Shown here piece by piece: positions 23,001 to 38,000 of a stretch of DNA of 64,000 bases (the stretch's first letter is position 1; each line of letters begins with the position of its first letter). The stretch lies in NCBI GenBank assembly GCA_950097015.1, contig CATNEN010000038.1:11532001-11596000 (forward strand). Reading direction: 5' to 3'. The notes beneath the pieces were generated by a model. The model had not been told where the DNA came from. It worked only from the letters and a program-made list of their open reading frames with translations, and searched no databases. The DNA comes from Macrostomum hystrix (lineage: Eukaryota; Animalia; Platyhelminthes). The translations under genes were made by a program, and so were the position numbers.

Positions 23001-26000
23001 TACCCGATTAGAGCACAACAAAGACTCTCTTTTAGTTTTTAACTGTCAGTTATTCGACTTAGCAATGAAAAAGCCTCCTAGCTTACGTGTCTTCTGTTAA
23101 ATGAAACATTCTTTAAAATAGCGGTCAAGTCAAAAGTACAAAAACAAATTTAGTACTTTAAAAGTTTTGTACTTTTGTGGAAATTCGAACAGTGTACTTT
23201 TCCTATATGTACTTTTAAAGTGCAAACATATGCACTTTTAACTTTCAATATGTACTTTAAAAGTAAGAAATGCACTTTTGAGTTACAACTTTCTTAAGAT
23301 AAGAAACTACTTTAGTTACTTTAAAAAAAGTACTTCCTGAGGAGAATATCAATTGTACTTTCAAGAATCCAAGGAGTCATATTTCTCACCGTCATCTTGC
23401 AGGCGTTCCGTTTCCGCCCTCGCACCGGCTGACAGCTCAGGATGTGTTCGACGCCAAGGGCAGACCGAATGCGGCCAAGCTGAAGGAGCATTTCGTGCTG
23501 GAAGGCCGCGTCACCGAGGACGTCGCTCTGCGCATCATCAGCGACGGAGCAGCTCTACTTCGCCAGGAGAAGACCATGCTTGAGATTGAGGCCCCGGTCA
23601 CCGTATGCGGCGATATTCACGGCCAATTCTACGACCTCATGAAACTGTTCGAGGTCGGCGGCTCGCCAGCCACCACCCGCTACCTCTTCCTTGGCGACTA
23701 TGTGGACAGGGGCTACTTCAGCATTGAGGTGAGACAGGCACTGCCTTTTAGAGTTGTTCGTGATTTTGGGATACAACTACAGCTGCATTGGGAATAGGGA
23801 CTGCAGGAACGCGAATAGATTCTGAGAAAATTGGCCGTGGAATATTAAGAATAGGGACAGTAGCATCGGGAATAAATTTGAATATCGTGACAGTAGGATT
23901 GGGAATAGGGACAGAAGGATTAGGAATAGGGACAGAAGGATTGGGAATAGGGACAGAAGGGTTAGGAATTGGGACAGAAGGATTGGGAATAGGGACAGAA
24001 GGATTGGGAATAGGGACAGAAGGATTGGGAATAGGGACAGAAGGATTAGGAATAGGGACAGAAGGATTGGGAATAGGGACAGAAGGATTGGGAATAGGGA
24101 CAGAAGGATTGGGAATAGGGACAGAAGGAATAGGAATAGGGACAGAAGGATTGGGAATAGGGACAGAAGGAATAGGAATAGGGACAGAAGGAATAGGAAT
24201 AGGGACAGAAGGATTGGGAATTGGGACAGAAGGATTGGGAATAGGGACAGAAGGATTGGGAATAGGGACAGAAGGATTGGGAATAGGGACAGAAGGATTG
24301 GGAATTGGGACAGAAGGATTGGGAATAGGGACAGAAGGATTGGGAATAGGGACAGAAGGATTGGGAATAGGGACAGAAGGATTGGGAATAGGGACAGAAG
24401 GATTGGGAATAGGGACAGAAGGATTGGGAATAGGGACAGAAGGATTGGGAATTGGGACAGAAGGATTGGGAATAGGGACAGAAGGATTGGGAATAGGGAC
24501 AGAAGGATTGGGAATTGGGACAGAAGGATTGGGAATTGGGACAGAAGGATTGGGAATTGGGACAGTAGGATTTTGATAGTAGGATAAAGAAAGTAAAATA
24601 TCATTATAGGGATCGAGATCGACAGGAAATAGATAGAGGACAAATATAATAAAGTAGGGTAAAGCATAGAACATTGTGGTAGAGAATGAAATATGAATTC
24701 TATAGAATAAAAATAGGAGAGAATGGTCGAAGGAATGATAGGGAATATGTCGAGCAGTTTAAAAGATGAATTTGCAGAGGAAGTGCAGACAGATAAAGGA
24801 AACAGGCAATGACAGATTATGATTAGATAGGAAGCAAAACGGTATGGAGACACAGTGAGACCTGATAAAAACTAAACCTTTTTGCTGAATAAATGATAAC
24901 ACAGGTGTACGACTGGGAGATGGGAACTGACTAGGAGATGGGAAGACTCTGGGAGATGGGAATACACTAGGAGACGGGAAGACACTGGGAGATGAGAAGA
25001 CACTGGGAGATGGTACGACTCTGGGAGATGGGAATACACTGGGAGATGGGAATACACTAGGAGATGGGAAGACTCTGGGAGATGGGAATAACACTGGGAG
25101 ATGGGAAGACTCTGGGAGATGGGAATACACTAGGAGACGGGAAGACACTGGGAGATGTGAAGACACTGGGAGATGTGAATAACACTGGGAGATGTGAATA
25201 CACTAGGAGATGGGAAGACACTGGGAGATGTGAATACACTAGGAGACGGGAAGACACTGGGAGATGTGAAGACACTGGGAGATGTGAATAACACTGGGAG
25301 ATGGGAATACACTAGGAGATGGGAAGACTCTGGGAGATGGGAATAACACTGGGAGATGGGAAGACTCTGGGAGATGGGAATACACTAGGAGACGGGAAGA
25401 CACTGGGAGATGTGAAGACACTGGGAGATGTGAATAACACTGGGAGATGGGAATAACACTGGGAGATGGGAATAACACTGGGAGATGGGAATACACTGGG
25501 TGATGTGAAGACACTGGGACATGTGAATAACACTGGGAGATGAGAAGACTCTGGGAGATGGGAAGACACTGGGAGATGGGAATAACACTGGGAGATGGGA
25601 ATACACTGGGTGATGTGAAGACACTGGGAGATGTGAATAACACTGGGAGATGAGAAGACTCTGGGAGATGGGAAGACACTGGGAGATGGGAAGACACTGG
25701 GAGATGAGAAGACTCTGGGAGATGGGAAGACACTGGGAGATGGGAATAACACTGGGAGATGGGAATACACTGGGTGATGTGAAGACACTGGGAGATGTGA
25801 ATAACACTGGGAGATGAGAAGACTCTGGGAGATGGGAAGACACTGGGAGATGTGAATAACACTGGGAGATGAGAAGACTCTGGGAGATGGGAATACACTG
25901 GGAGATGGGAAGACACTGGGAGATGAGAAGACTCTGGGAGATGGGAAGACACTGGGAGATGGGAATAACACTGGGAGATGGGAATAACACTGGGAGATGG

Positions 26001-29000
26001 GAATACACTGGGTGATGTGAAGACACTGGGAGATGTGAATAACACTGGGAGATGAGAAGACTCTGGGAGATGGGAAGACACTGGGAGATGGGAATAACAC
26101 TGGGAGATGGGAATAACACTGGGGGATGGGAATACACTGGGTGATGGGAAGACACTGGGAGATGGGAATAACACTGGGAGATGGGAATACACTGGGAGAT
26201 GGGAACACACTGGGAGATGGGAACAGACTGGGAGATGAGAAGACTCTGGGAGATGGGAATACACTGGAAGATGGGAACAGACTGGGAGATGGGAAGACAC
26301 TGGGAGATGGGAATAACACTGGGAGATGGGAAGACACTGGGAGATGGGAAGACACTGGGAGATGGGAACAGACTGGGAGATGGGAATACACTGGGAGATG
26401 GGAACAGACTGGGAGATGGGAAGACACTAGGAGATGGGAAGATACTGGGAGATGGGAATAACACTGGGAGATGGGAAGACACTGGGAGATGGGAACAGAC
26501 TGGGAGATGGGAACAGACTGGGAGATGGGAACAGACTGGGAGATGGGAATACACTGGGAGATGGGAACAGACTGGGAGATGGGAAGACACTAGGAGATGG
26601 GAAGATACTGGGAGATGGGAAGACACTGGGAGATGGGAACAGACTGGGAGATGGGAACAGACTGGGAGATGAGAAGACTCTGGGAGATGGGAATACACTG
26701 GAAGATGGGAACAGACTGGGAGATGGGAATACACTGGAAGATGGGAACAGACTGGGAGATGGGAAGACACTGGGAGATGGGAAGACACTGGGAGATGGGA
26801 ATAGCACTGGGAGATGGGAAGACACTGGGAGATGGGAAGACACTGGGAGATGGGAATAGCACTGGGAGATGGGAAGACACTGGGAGATGGGAAGACACTG
26901 GGAGATGGGAAGACACTGGGAGATGGGAAGACACTGGGAGATGGGAAGACACTGGGAGATGGGAATAGCACTGGGAGATGGGAAGACACTGGGAAATGGG
27001 AAGACACTGGGAGATGGGAAGACTCTTGGAGATGGGAACAGACTGGGAGATGGGAATACACTGGAAGATGGGAACAGACTGGGAGATGGGAAGACACTGG
27101 GAGATGGGAAGACACTGGGAGATGGGAATAGCACTGGGAGATGGGAAGACACTGGGAGATGGGAAGACACTGGGAGATGGGAAGACACTGGGAGATGGGA
27201 AGACACTGGGAGATGGGAAGACACTGGGAGATGGGAAGACACTGGGAGATGGGAAGACACTGGGAGATGGGAAGACACTGGGAGATGGGAATAGCACTGG
27301 GAGATGGGAAGACACTGGGAAATGGGAAGACACTGGGAGATGGGAAGACACTGGGAGATGGGAAGACACTGGGAGATGGGAAGACTCTTGGAGATGGGAA
27401 GTAGCAGTGGGAAGGTGTTGGTGCAAAGTGCAATTAAGCAGCACACAGCAAACAGTTTTCGGTCTCATTCTCCTTCTAATTAATTGGCATTCCGTCTCCC
27501 CCCGATTCGCCAGCACCGCCAGCTTGTAGTTGCTGCTATTCCCAGTTCGCTATACTTCTTTTTCAGAGATTTTTCCATCTTTTCGGTTCGTTACCGAGTG
27601 GAATGAGGACAAAATTGGTCATTTTCTGCTTTGACGTTGCCCACATCCTTTAGTGATCGAGTCGCTAGCCAAATTTGTACCAACCAGAGCCCAATAAAAC
27701 TCGAAATTGCGAATGGGAAAATTGGAGAGGGATTTATTTCTGGCGCGTGGGATAACTCTTGTACTTCCAAAGTACTCTGTCAGTTAAGTGGTGTTCTGCC
27801 CAGTGTTCAAGAACCCTTGATAATTTTTGTCCGTCATTCGACATGCTCTGAAGACTTCTATGGATTTTTAAGGTCTACTTCAGATTCTTCAGGTCTACTT
27901 CAGATTCTTCAGGTCTACTTCAGATTCTTCAGGTCTACTTCAGATTCTTCAGGTCTACTTCAGATTCTTCAGGTCTACTTCAGATTCTTCAGGTCTACTT
28001 CAGATTCTTCAGGTCTACTTCAGATTCTTCAGGTCTACTTCAGATTCTTCAGGTCTACTTCAGATTCTTCAGGTCTACTTCAGATTCTTCAGGTCTACTT
28101 CAGATTCTTCAGGTCTACTTCAGATTCTTCAGGTCTACTTCAGATTCTTCAGGTCTACTTCAGATTCTTCAGGTCTACTTCAGATTCTTCAGGTCTACTT
28201 CAGATTCTTCAGGTCTACTTCAGATTCTTCAGGTCTACTTCAGATTCTTCAGGTCTACTTCAGATTCTTTAGGTCTACTTCAGATTCTTCAGGTCTACTT
28301 CAGATTCTTTATGTTCTCATGTTTAATCCTCAATATGCAGCGTGTTATTCCATGCTGTCAAACACTAACCTAATTTGAGCAATCCCATTGAATATTTTAG
28401 TGCGTTCTGTACCTGTGGGCCCTGAAGATTCTGCATAGCAACACGCTGTTTCTGCTGCGAGGCAACCACGAGTGCCGCCACCTGACCGAGTATTTCACCT
28501 TCAAGCAGGAGTGTGAGTGTGTTGGTTACTATACTAGATTGATAAATACAACTTTATGAGAAATCTCGATGTTAGATTGGAATTAAATCGCATGCTTAGA
28601 TAGGAAATCTCACGCTTAGATAGGAAATCTCACGGTCAGATAGGAAATGTCACGTTTAGATAGAAAATCTCACGGTTAGATAGGAAATCTCACGGTTAGA
28701 TAGGAAATCTCACTGTTAGATAGGAAATCTCACGGTTAGATAGGAAATCTCACGGTTAGATAGGAAATCTCACGGTTAGATAGGAAATCTCACGGTTAGA
28801 TAGGAAATCTCACGGTTAGTTTGAAAACCTTTCCGATAAAGTAGAATTCACTGCGTTAGATTCTTGCTTTAAAAAATCCGAAACCTGGTTAGGAAAATCT
28901 CACACTTGGTTAGGAAAATCTCACACTTGGTTAGGAAAATCTCACCACTGGTTAGGAAAATCTCACACTTGGTTAGGAAAATCTCACCACTCGTTAGGAA

Positions 29001-32000
29001 AATCTCACCACTGGTTAGGAAAATCTCACCACTGGTTGGGGAAATCCCACCCCTTGTTAGGAAAATCTCACCCCTTGTAGGAAAAATCTCACCCTTGGTT
29101 GGGGGAAATCTCATCCCTGGTTGGGAAAATCTCACCCCTTGTTGGAAAAATCTCAACCTTGGTTGGGGGAAATCTCATCCCTGGTTGGGAAAATCTCACC
29201 CCTTGTTGGAAAAATCTCAACCTTGGTTGGGGGAAATCTCACCCCTGGTTGGGAAAATCACCTTTTGTTTGGGAAATTTCACCCGTGATTGAGGGAATCT
29301 CACCCCTGGATTTTATCCTCGCTTTGACCATATCGCTAATATCTCCTTTATTATTGTGCTCGTTTTAATTAAAGTTGGTAGTCCAAATAAATTAAATTAA
29401 ATTATTCTTTTTTTCCTAGTTTGATTGTTATCTTGTTAGAGTAGTGGCTGAAATATGCGGAGTCTGTTCTGCTTTCTATTGTCTCATATTTGCTCATGTC
29501 TCTCTCCTCGTGCTTTAATCTTTGAGTCAACATTGCACAAAGTTTTTGGTAGATTGTAGAATTGAAAACATTTTTGGTCCTTTCGCTGTGTGCAATAATT
29601 TGATTAAGGCGAAAACTATTTTCCGTCTCGCTTCCAAACTGTGTTTACTTTCGCCTGAACTCGCTGTGCCGGCGAAGCTGATGGAATGCCTCAGTATTTG
29701 GAGTCAACCGAGCTTTGACTACTCTCATCCACTCGGGCGTCTCACTCGCTCATCTATACAATGAGGGAGAAGAAATTTCATCTGAGTAGTTCAGTAGTTT
29801 GAGATTTTCAATCTAATTGGGACAGCACTACAGTGAGATTTCCAATTGGGGAAAACTAAGGGTGAGATTTCTAATCTAACAGTGAGATTTCTAATCTAAC
29901 AGTGAGATTTCTAATCTAACAGTGAGATTTCTAATCTAACAGTGAGATTTCCCCTAACAGTGAGATTTCTAATCTAACAGTGAGATTTCTAATCTAACAG
30001 TGAGATTTCTAATCTAACAGTGAGATTTCTAATCTAACAGTGAGATTTCTAATCTAACACTGAGATTTCTAATCTAACAGTGAGATTTCTAATCTAACAG
30101 TGAGATTTCTAATCTAACAGTGAGATTTCCCCTAACAGTGAGATTTCTAATCTAACAGTGAGATTTCTAATCTAACAGTAAGATTTCTAATCTAACAGTG
30201 AGATTTCTAATCTAACAGTGAGATTTCTAATCTTACAGTGAGATTTCTAATCTAACAGTGAGATTTCTAATCTAACAGTGAGATTTCTAATCTAACAGTG
30301 AGATTTCTAATCTAACAGTGAGATTTTTAATCTAACAGTGAGATTTCTAATCTAACAGTGAGATTTCTAATCTAACAGTGAGATTTCTAATCTAACAGTG
30401 AGATTTCTAATCTAACAGTGAGATTTCTAATCTAACAGTGAGATTTCTAATCTAACAGTGAGATTTCCCCTAACAGTGAGATTTCTAATCTAACAGTGAG
30501 ATTTCTAATCTAACAGTGAGATTTCTAATCTAACAGTGAGATTTCTAATCTAACAGTGAGATTTCTAATCTAACAGTGAGATTTCTAATCTAACAGTGAG
30601 ATTTCTAATCTAACAGTGAGATTTCCCCTAACAGTGAGATTTCTAATCTAACAGTGAGATTTCTAATCTAACAGTGAGATTTCTAATCTAACAGTGAGAT
30701 TTCTAATCTAACAGTGAGATTTCTAATCTAACAGTGAGATTTCTAATCTAACAGTGAGATTTCTAATCTAACAGTGAGATTTCTAATCTAAAAGTGAGAT
30801 TTCTAATCTAACAGTGAGATTTCTAATCTAACAGTGAGATTTCTAATCTAACAGTGAGATTTCTAATCTAACAGTGAGATTTCTAATCTAACAGTGAGAT
30901 TTTTAATCTAACAGTGAGATTTCTAATCTAACAGTGAGATTTATTATCTAGGGTGAGATTTTTAATTTACAGTAAAATTTCTGATTAGGCTACCTTAATC
31001 GAGTAGTCTTTATTTCCCCAGCAGTTCTGATCGAGAAATATACCAGCATATTTTGTCTATTTATCACTTTGCCGCTCTTTAATCTTCGCGATTACTTATA
31101 AAAGTACATTTGATAGAAATTTTCATATCGCAGAGTGATGACGATACGCGCGTTAGCCTTGAACGATATCAGTTTCAACTGTCTTTAATCATTCACCTAG
31201 TCTGATGGTGAAATTATTCAGTCAATAGGTTAGATTTCAACCAGAATCCTTTAGGCTTCATAAGAATAAGAAATAGTTTTTAGTCAAACGGTTAAATTTC
31301 ATAAAGCTGCAAAGCTCCCGAGAAAAAATCGATGCAAAATTTGATTGATTTTTATAAAGGTATGAAGGCTTGGATACTCGTAGAATTAACTGGGGGAAAG
31401 TTTGCAAGTTTGTGAGTGTTCTTATGGAGCCAGATAAATTTAGGTGTTACTTTAACTAGCTGAGAGGTAGCGATGACCGATTGTAGTATACTGGCAAGAG
31501 CTAGCGATGACCGATTGTAGTATACTGGCAAGAGGTAGCGATGAATGATTGTAGTACAGGTGAGAGGTAGCGATGACCGATTGTAGTATACTGGCAAGAG
31601 GTAGCGATGACCGATTGTAGTACAGGTGAGAGGTAGCGATGACCGATTGTAGTACAGGTGAGAGGTAGCGATGACCGATTGTAGTACAGGTGAGAGGTAG
31701 CGATGACCGATTGTAGTACAGGTGAGAGGTAGCGATGACCGATTGTAGTATACTGGCAAGAGGTAGCGATGACCGATTGTAGTACAGGTGAGAGGTAGCG
31801 ATGACCGATTGTAGTACAGGTGAGAGGTAGCGATGACCGATTGTAGTACAGGTGAGAGGTAGCGATGACCGATTGTAGTACAGGTGAGAGGTAGCGATGA
31901 CCGATTGTAGTACAGGTGAGAGGTAGCGATGACCGATTGTAGTATACTGGCAAGAGGTAGCGATGACCGATTGTAGTACAGGTGAGAGGTAGCGATGACC

Positions 32001-35000
32001 GATTGTAGTACAGGTGAGAGGTAGCGATGACCGATTGTAGTACAGGTGAGAGGTAGCGATGACCGATTGTAGTACAGGTGAGAGGTAGCGATGACCGATT
32101 GTAGTATACTGGCAAGAGGTAGCGATGACCGATTGTAGTACAGGTGAGAGGTAGCGATGACCGATTGTAGTACAGGTGAGAGGTAGCGATGACCGATTGT
32201 AGTACAGGTGAGAGGTAGCGATGACCGATTGTAGTACAGGTGAGAGGTAGCGATGACCGATTGTAGTACAGGTGAGAGGTAGCGATGACCGATTGTAGTA
32301 CAAGTGAGAGGTAGCGATGACCGATTGTAGTATACTGGCAAGAGGTAGCGATGAATGATTGAAGTACAGGTGAGAGGTAGCGATGACCGATTGTAGTACA
32401 GGTGAGAGGTAGCGATGACCGATTGTAGTACAGGTGAGAGGTAGCGATGACCGATTGTAGTACAGGTGAGAAGTAGCGATGACCGATTGTAGTACAGGTG
32501 AGAGGTAGCGATGACCGATTGTAGTATACTGGCAAGAGGTAGCGATGAATGATTGAAGTACAGGTGAGAGGTAGCGATGAATGATTGAAGTACAGGTGAG
32601 AGGTAGCGATGACCGATTGTAGTACAGGTGAGAGGTAGCGATGACCGATTGTAGTACAGGTGAGAGGTAGCGATGACCGATTGTAGTACAGGTGAGAGGT
32701 AGCGATGACCGATTGTAGTACAGGTGAGAGGTAGCGATGACCGATTGTAGTACAGGTGAGAGGTAGCGATGACCGATTGTAGTACAGGTGAGAGGTAGCG
32801 ATGACCGATTGTAGTACAGGTGAGAGGTAGCGATGACCGATTGTAGTACAGGTGAGAGGTAGCGATGACCGATTGTAGTATACTGGCAAGAGGTAGCGAT
32901 GACCGATTGTAGTACAGGTGAGAGGTAGCGATGACCGATTGTAGTACAGGTGAGAGGTAGCGATGACCGATTGTAGTACAGGTGAGAGGTAGCGATGACC
33001 GATTGTAGTACAGGTGAGAGGTAGCGATGACCGATTGTAGTACAGGTGAGAGGTAGCGATGACCGATTGTAGTATACTGGCAAGAGGTAGCGATGACCGA
33101 TTGTAGTACAGGTGAGAGGTAGCGATGACCGATTGTAGTACAGGTGAGAGGTAGCGATGACCGATTGTAGTATACTGGCAAGAGGTAGCGATGACCGATT
33201 GTAGTACAGGTGAGAGGTAGCGATGATCGATTGTAGTACAGGTGAGAGGTAGCGATGACCGATTGTAGTACAGGTGAGAGGTAGCGATGACCGATTGTAG
33301 TACAAGTGAGAGGTAGCGATGACCGATTGTAGTATACTGGCAAGAGGTAGCGATGAATGATTGAAGTACAGGTGAGAGGTAGCGATGACCGATTGTAGTA
33401 CAGGTGAGAGGTAGCGATGACCGATTGTAGTACAGGTGAGAGGTAGCGATGACCGATTGTAGTACAGGTGAGAAGTAGCGATGACCGATTGTAGTACAGG
33501 TGAGAGGTAGCGATGACCGATTGTAGTATACTGGCAAGAGGTAGCGATGAATGATTGAAGTACAGGTGAGAGGTAGCGATGACCGATTGTAGTACAGGTG
33601 AGAGGTAGCGATGACCGATTGTAGTACAGGTGAGAGGTAGCGATGACCGATTGTAGTATACTGGCAAGAGGTAGCGATGAATGATTGAAGTACAGGTGAG
33701 AGGTAGCGATGACCGATTGTAGTACAGGTGAGAGGTAGCGATGACCGATTGTAGTATACTGGCAAGAGGTAGCGATGAATGATTGAAGTACAGGTGAGAG
33801 GTAGCGATGACCGATTGTAGTACAGGTGAGAGGTAGCGATGACCGATTGTAGTACAGGTGAGAGGTAGCGATGACCGATTGTAGTATACTGGCAAGAGGT
33901 AGCGATGACCGATTGTAGTATACTGGCAAGAGGTAGCGATGACCGATTGTAGTACAGGTGAGAAGTAGCGATGACCCACTAAGTGTACAGGTGAGACTAG
34001 ATATGACCCACTAAAAGTACATACACCTGTCTAGGGTATGAATATGAATATTTAGGCTTATCTCACTAGCTCCCCTCACCGCACTTGTTAGGCAAGATCA
34101 AGTACTCGGAGAAGGTCTACGATGCCTGCATGGACGCCTTCGACTGTCTGCCGCTGGCGGCTCTCATGAACCAGCAGTTCCTGTGCGTCCACGGTGGACT
34201 GAGCCCCGAAGTGCACAACCTGGACGATATTAGAAAGGTGCGGCTGTTTTGAAAATAACTGTGATAATGAAGCCAATCAGTTTAACGATATGAAAACACG
34301 ATTTAGGATTTCTGATACTGAATTCGAAAGTGACAACCCCGATTAAAAATTGACAATCCTGACTGAAAATTGGCAATCCGGACTGAAAGTTGGCAATCCC
34401 GACTATAAAGTTGGCAATCCCGACTATAAAGTTGGCAATCCCGACTATAAAGTTGGCAATCCCGACTATAAAGTTGGCAATCCCGACTATAAAGTTGGCA
34501 ATCCCGACTATAAAGTTGGCAATCCTGACTGAGTAGCGGCTATCTGACTGAAATTTGGCAATGCCGACTGATAATTTTCTAAATTGTTTTGTCTTCAGAT
34601 TGACCGTTTCAAGGAGCCGCCAGCCTTCGGGCCGATGTGCGACCTGCTCTGGTCCGATCCGCTGGAGGACTTTGGCCAAGAGAAAAATCTTGAGCACTTC
34701 ACTCACAACAGTGTCCGCGGTTGCTCGTACTTTTACAGCTACTCGGCCTGCTGCGACTTCCTGGCCAGCAACAACCTGCTGTCAATAATCAGGGCGCACG
34801 AGGCCCAGGATGCTGGGTGGGTTCGCCTTTGACGCTTTTGCCATAGACATTTGGATACTGGGAGTGGGCGGGCTGCCACACCCACCCCAAATCTTTACCC
34901 AGCTGATAAGAAAAAATAATAATAATAACAGGAGGGCTGCGGGCAATGGCACATCATATGGTGACACTAGACCCGCAGAAAGAGAGGAAGAGAGGAGGCA

Positions 35001-38000
35001 ATGCTGCACATTCCGCTGACTCCTGAGCACACACTCACACAGATACTGTACGCAGGCATACGTTCACACAGAGTGTGTACATCTGCCCTGACTTCTCATC
35101 GTCAGGCAGTGTACACTCCCACTGTGCCTTGGAGGTTGGCCCTCAAGGGCGTAAATTGCACGACAAGCCACCGCAAGCCTTCTCTCCGCGGCTGCGCCCC
35201 AAATAAATGTGGTCTCGCCGCGGAATCGAGCTCAGGGACCATTGTGGTGCGAGAGGCAAACGCGTTAACCCGCTCTGCGACACACCTCCTTATCCGAGCT
35301 GATGCTGACACCAGTTTTTTTCAGCAGGGTGAACTGAAGCAATGAGGAATTTTATACATTGACTCAAGGTCTAAAACTTTTTCCCATAGACAGCTACGAT
35401 TAGAACTCCAGACCTCACTATCAGGAGTCTAAAAGTACTAACTACACGGCAATTACTTCTGTAGCACAATTCGTTTGTAATTAATTTTAGCCTAAATGAA
35501 GATTATTCAACAGATCCCATATTTGGCATTGTTTCCCATCGCCCACCTGCTGATGTGTTCAAAGCCTCGCTCCCCTACCCGAACTGAACTCGCAGTGCTC
35601 ACAGGTTCGTGAGCAGCCGCAATTAGCCCTAATAAATCAGTCACTACGCGTCTGCCTGTCCTCTTTGAGATGGCGGAAGGCAGGCAAAGGCCTGAGAAGA
35701 GGCCTGAAATTATGCTGCTTGAAAGTCTCTCTCTGAGTCGACTGTAGCCCCACCCTGACCACCTGATCAACCTCCGTCTCTCTCATCCTTTGAGCTTGCT
35801 ACTCTTGAGTATAGAATTGCCTGCTAACTTTCTTTTTAATTGCTCTACTAATCTCTGAGGAAGGTCTAGAGCTCTCTACTCTGAAACTGCATGGGTTGCT
35901 GACTTATTTGCTACTTTTCAATGCTAAAGAGTTATTAACTGAGACACTGGGATAACTGAGACGCTGGGATAACTGAGACGCTGGGATAACTGAGACACTG
36001 GGATAACTGAGACGCTGGGATAACTGAGACGCTGGGATAACTGAGACACTGGGATAACTGAGACACTGGGATAACTGAGACGCTGGGATAACTGAGACAC
36101 TGGGATAACTGAGACGCTGGGATAACTGAGACACTGGGATAACTGAGACACTGGGATAACTGAGACACTGGGATAACTGAGACACTGGGATAACTGAGAC
36201 ACTGGGATAACTGAGACACTGGGATAACTGAGACACTGGGATAACTGAGACACAGGGATAACTGAGACGCTGGGATAACTGAGACGCTGGGATAACTGAG
36301 ACACTGGGATAACTGAGACACTGGGATAACTGAGACGCTGGGATAACTGAGACACTGGGATAACTGAGACACTGGGATAACTGAGACACTGGGATAACTG
36401 AGACACTGGGATAACTGAGACGCTGGGATAACTGAGACACTGGGATAACTGAGACACTGGGATAAGTGAGACACTGGGATAACTGAGACACGGATAACTG
36501 AGACACTGGGATAACTGAGACGCTGGGATAACTGAGACACTGGGATAACTGAGACACTGGGATAACTGAGACACAGGGATAACTGAGACACTGGGATAAC
36601 TGAGACACTGGGATAACTGAGACACAGGGATAACTGAGACACTGGGATAACTGAGACACTGGGATAACTGAGACACAGGGATAACTGAGACACTGGGATA
36701 AGTGAGACACTGGGATAACTGAGACACGGATAACTGAGACACTGGGATAACTGAGACGCTGGGATAACTGAGACACTGGGATAACTGAGACACTGGGATA
36801 ACTGAGACACAGGGATAACTGAGACACAGGGATAACTGAGACACTGGGATAACTGAGACACAGGGATAACTGAGACACTGGGATAAGTGAGACACTGGGA
36901 TAACTGAGACACGGATAACTGAGACACTGGGATAACTGAGACGCTGGGATAACTGAGACACTGGGATAACTGAGACACTGGGATAACTGAGACACAGGGA
37001 TAACTGAGACACAGGGATAACTGAGACACTGGGATAACTGAGACACGGATAACTGAGGCACAGGGATAACTGAGACACAGGGATAACTGAGACGCTGGGA
37101 TAACTGAGACACTGGGATAACTGAGACACTGGGATAACTGAGACACAGGGATAACTGAGACACAGGGATAACTGAGACACTGGGATAACTGAGACGCTGG
37201 GATAACTGAGACACTGGGATAACTGAGACACTGGGATAAGTGAGACACTGGGATAACTGAGACACGGATAACTGAGACACTGGGATAACTGAGACACTGG
37301 GATAACTGAGACACTGGGATAACTGAGACACAGGGATAACTGAGACACTGGGATAACTGAGACGCTGGGATAACTGAGACACTGGGATAACTGAGACACT
37401 GGGATAAGTGAGACACTGGGATAACTGAGACACGGATAACTGAGACACTGGGATAACTGAGACACAGGGATAACTGAGACACAGGGATAACTGAGACACT
37501 GGGATAAGTGAGACACTGGGATAACTGAGACACGGATTACTGAGACACTGGGATAACTGAGACGCTGGGATAACTGAGACACTGGGATAACTGAGACACT
37601 GGGATAACTGAGACACAGGGATAACTGAGACACAGGGATAACTGAGACACTGGGATAACTGAGACACAGGGATAACTGAGACACTGGGATAAGTGAGACA
37701 CTGGGATAACTGAGACACGGATAACTGAGACACTGGGATAACTGAGACGCTGGGATAACTGAGACACTGGGATAACTGAGACACTGGGATAACTGAGACA
37801 CAGGGATAACTGAGACACAGGGAAAACTGAGACACTGGGATAACTGAGACACGGATAACTGAGGCACAGGGATAACTGAGACACAGGGATAACTGAGACG
37901 CTGGGATAACTGAGACACTGGGATAACTGAGACACTGGGATAACTGAGACACAGGGATAACTGAGACACAGGGATAACTGAGACACGGATAACTGAGACA

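Noticed and set aside
23748-27529. Collagen-like and Pro-rich ORFs
   Set aside because: Intronic minisatellites between calcineurin exons 2 and 3.
31460-33975. CRISPR-like appearance of the 32-bp repeats
   Set aside because: There are no unique spacers and no cas genes, and the context is eukaryotic.
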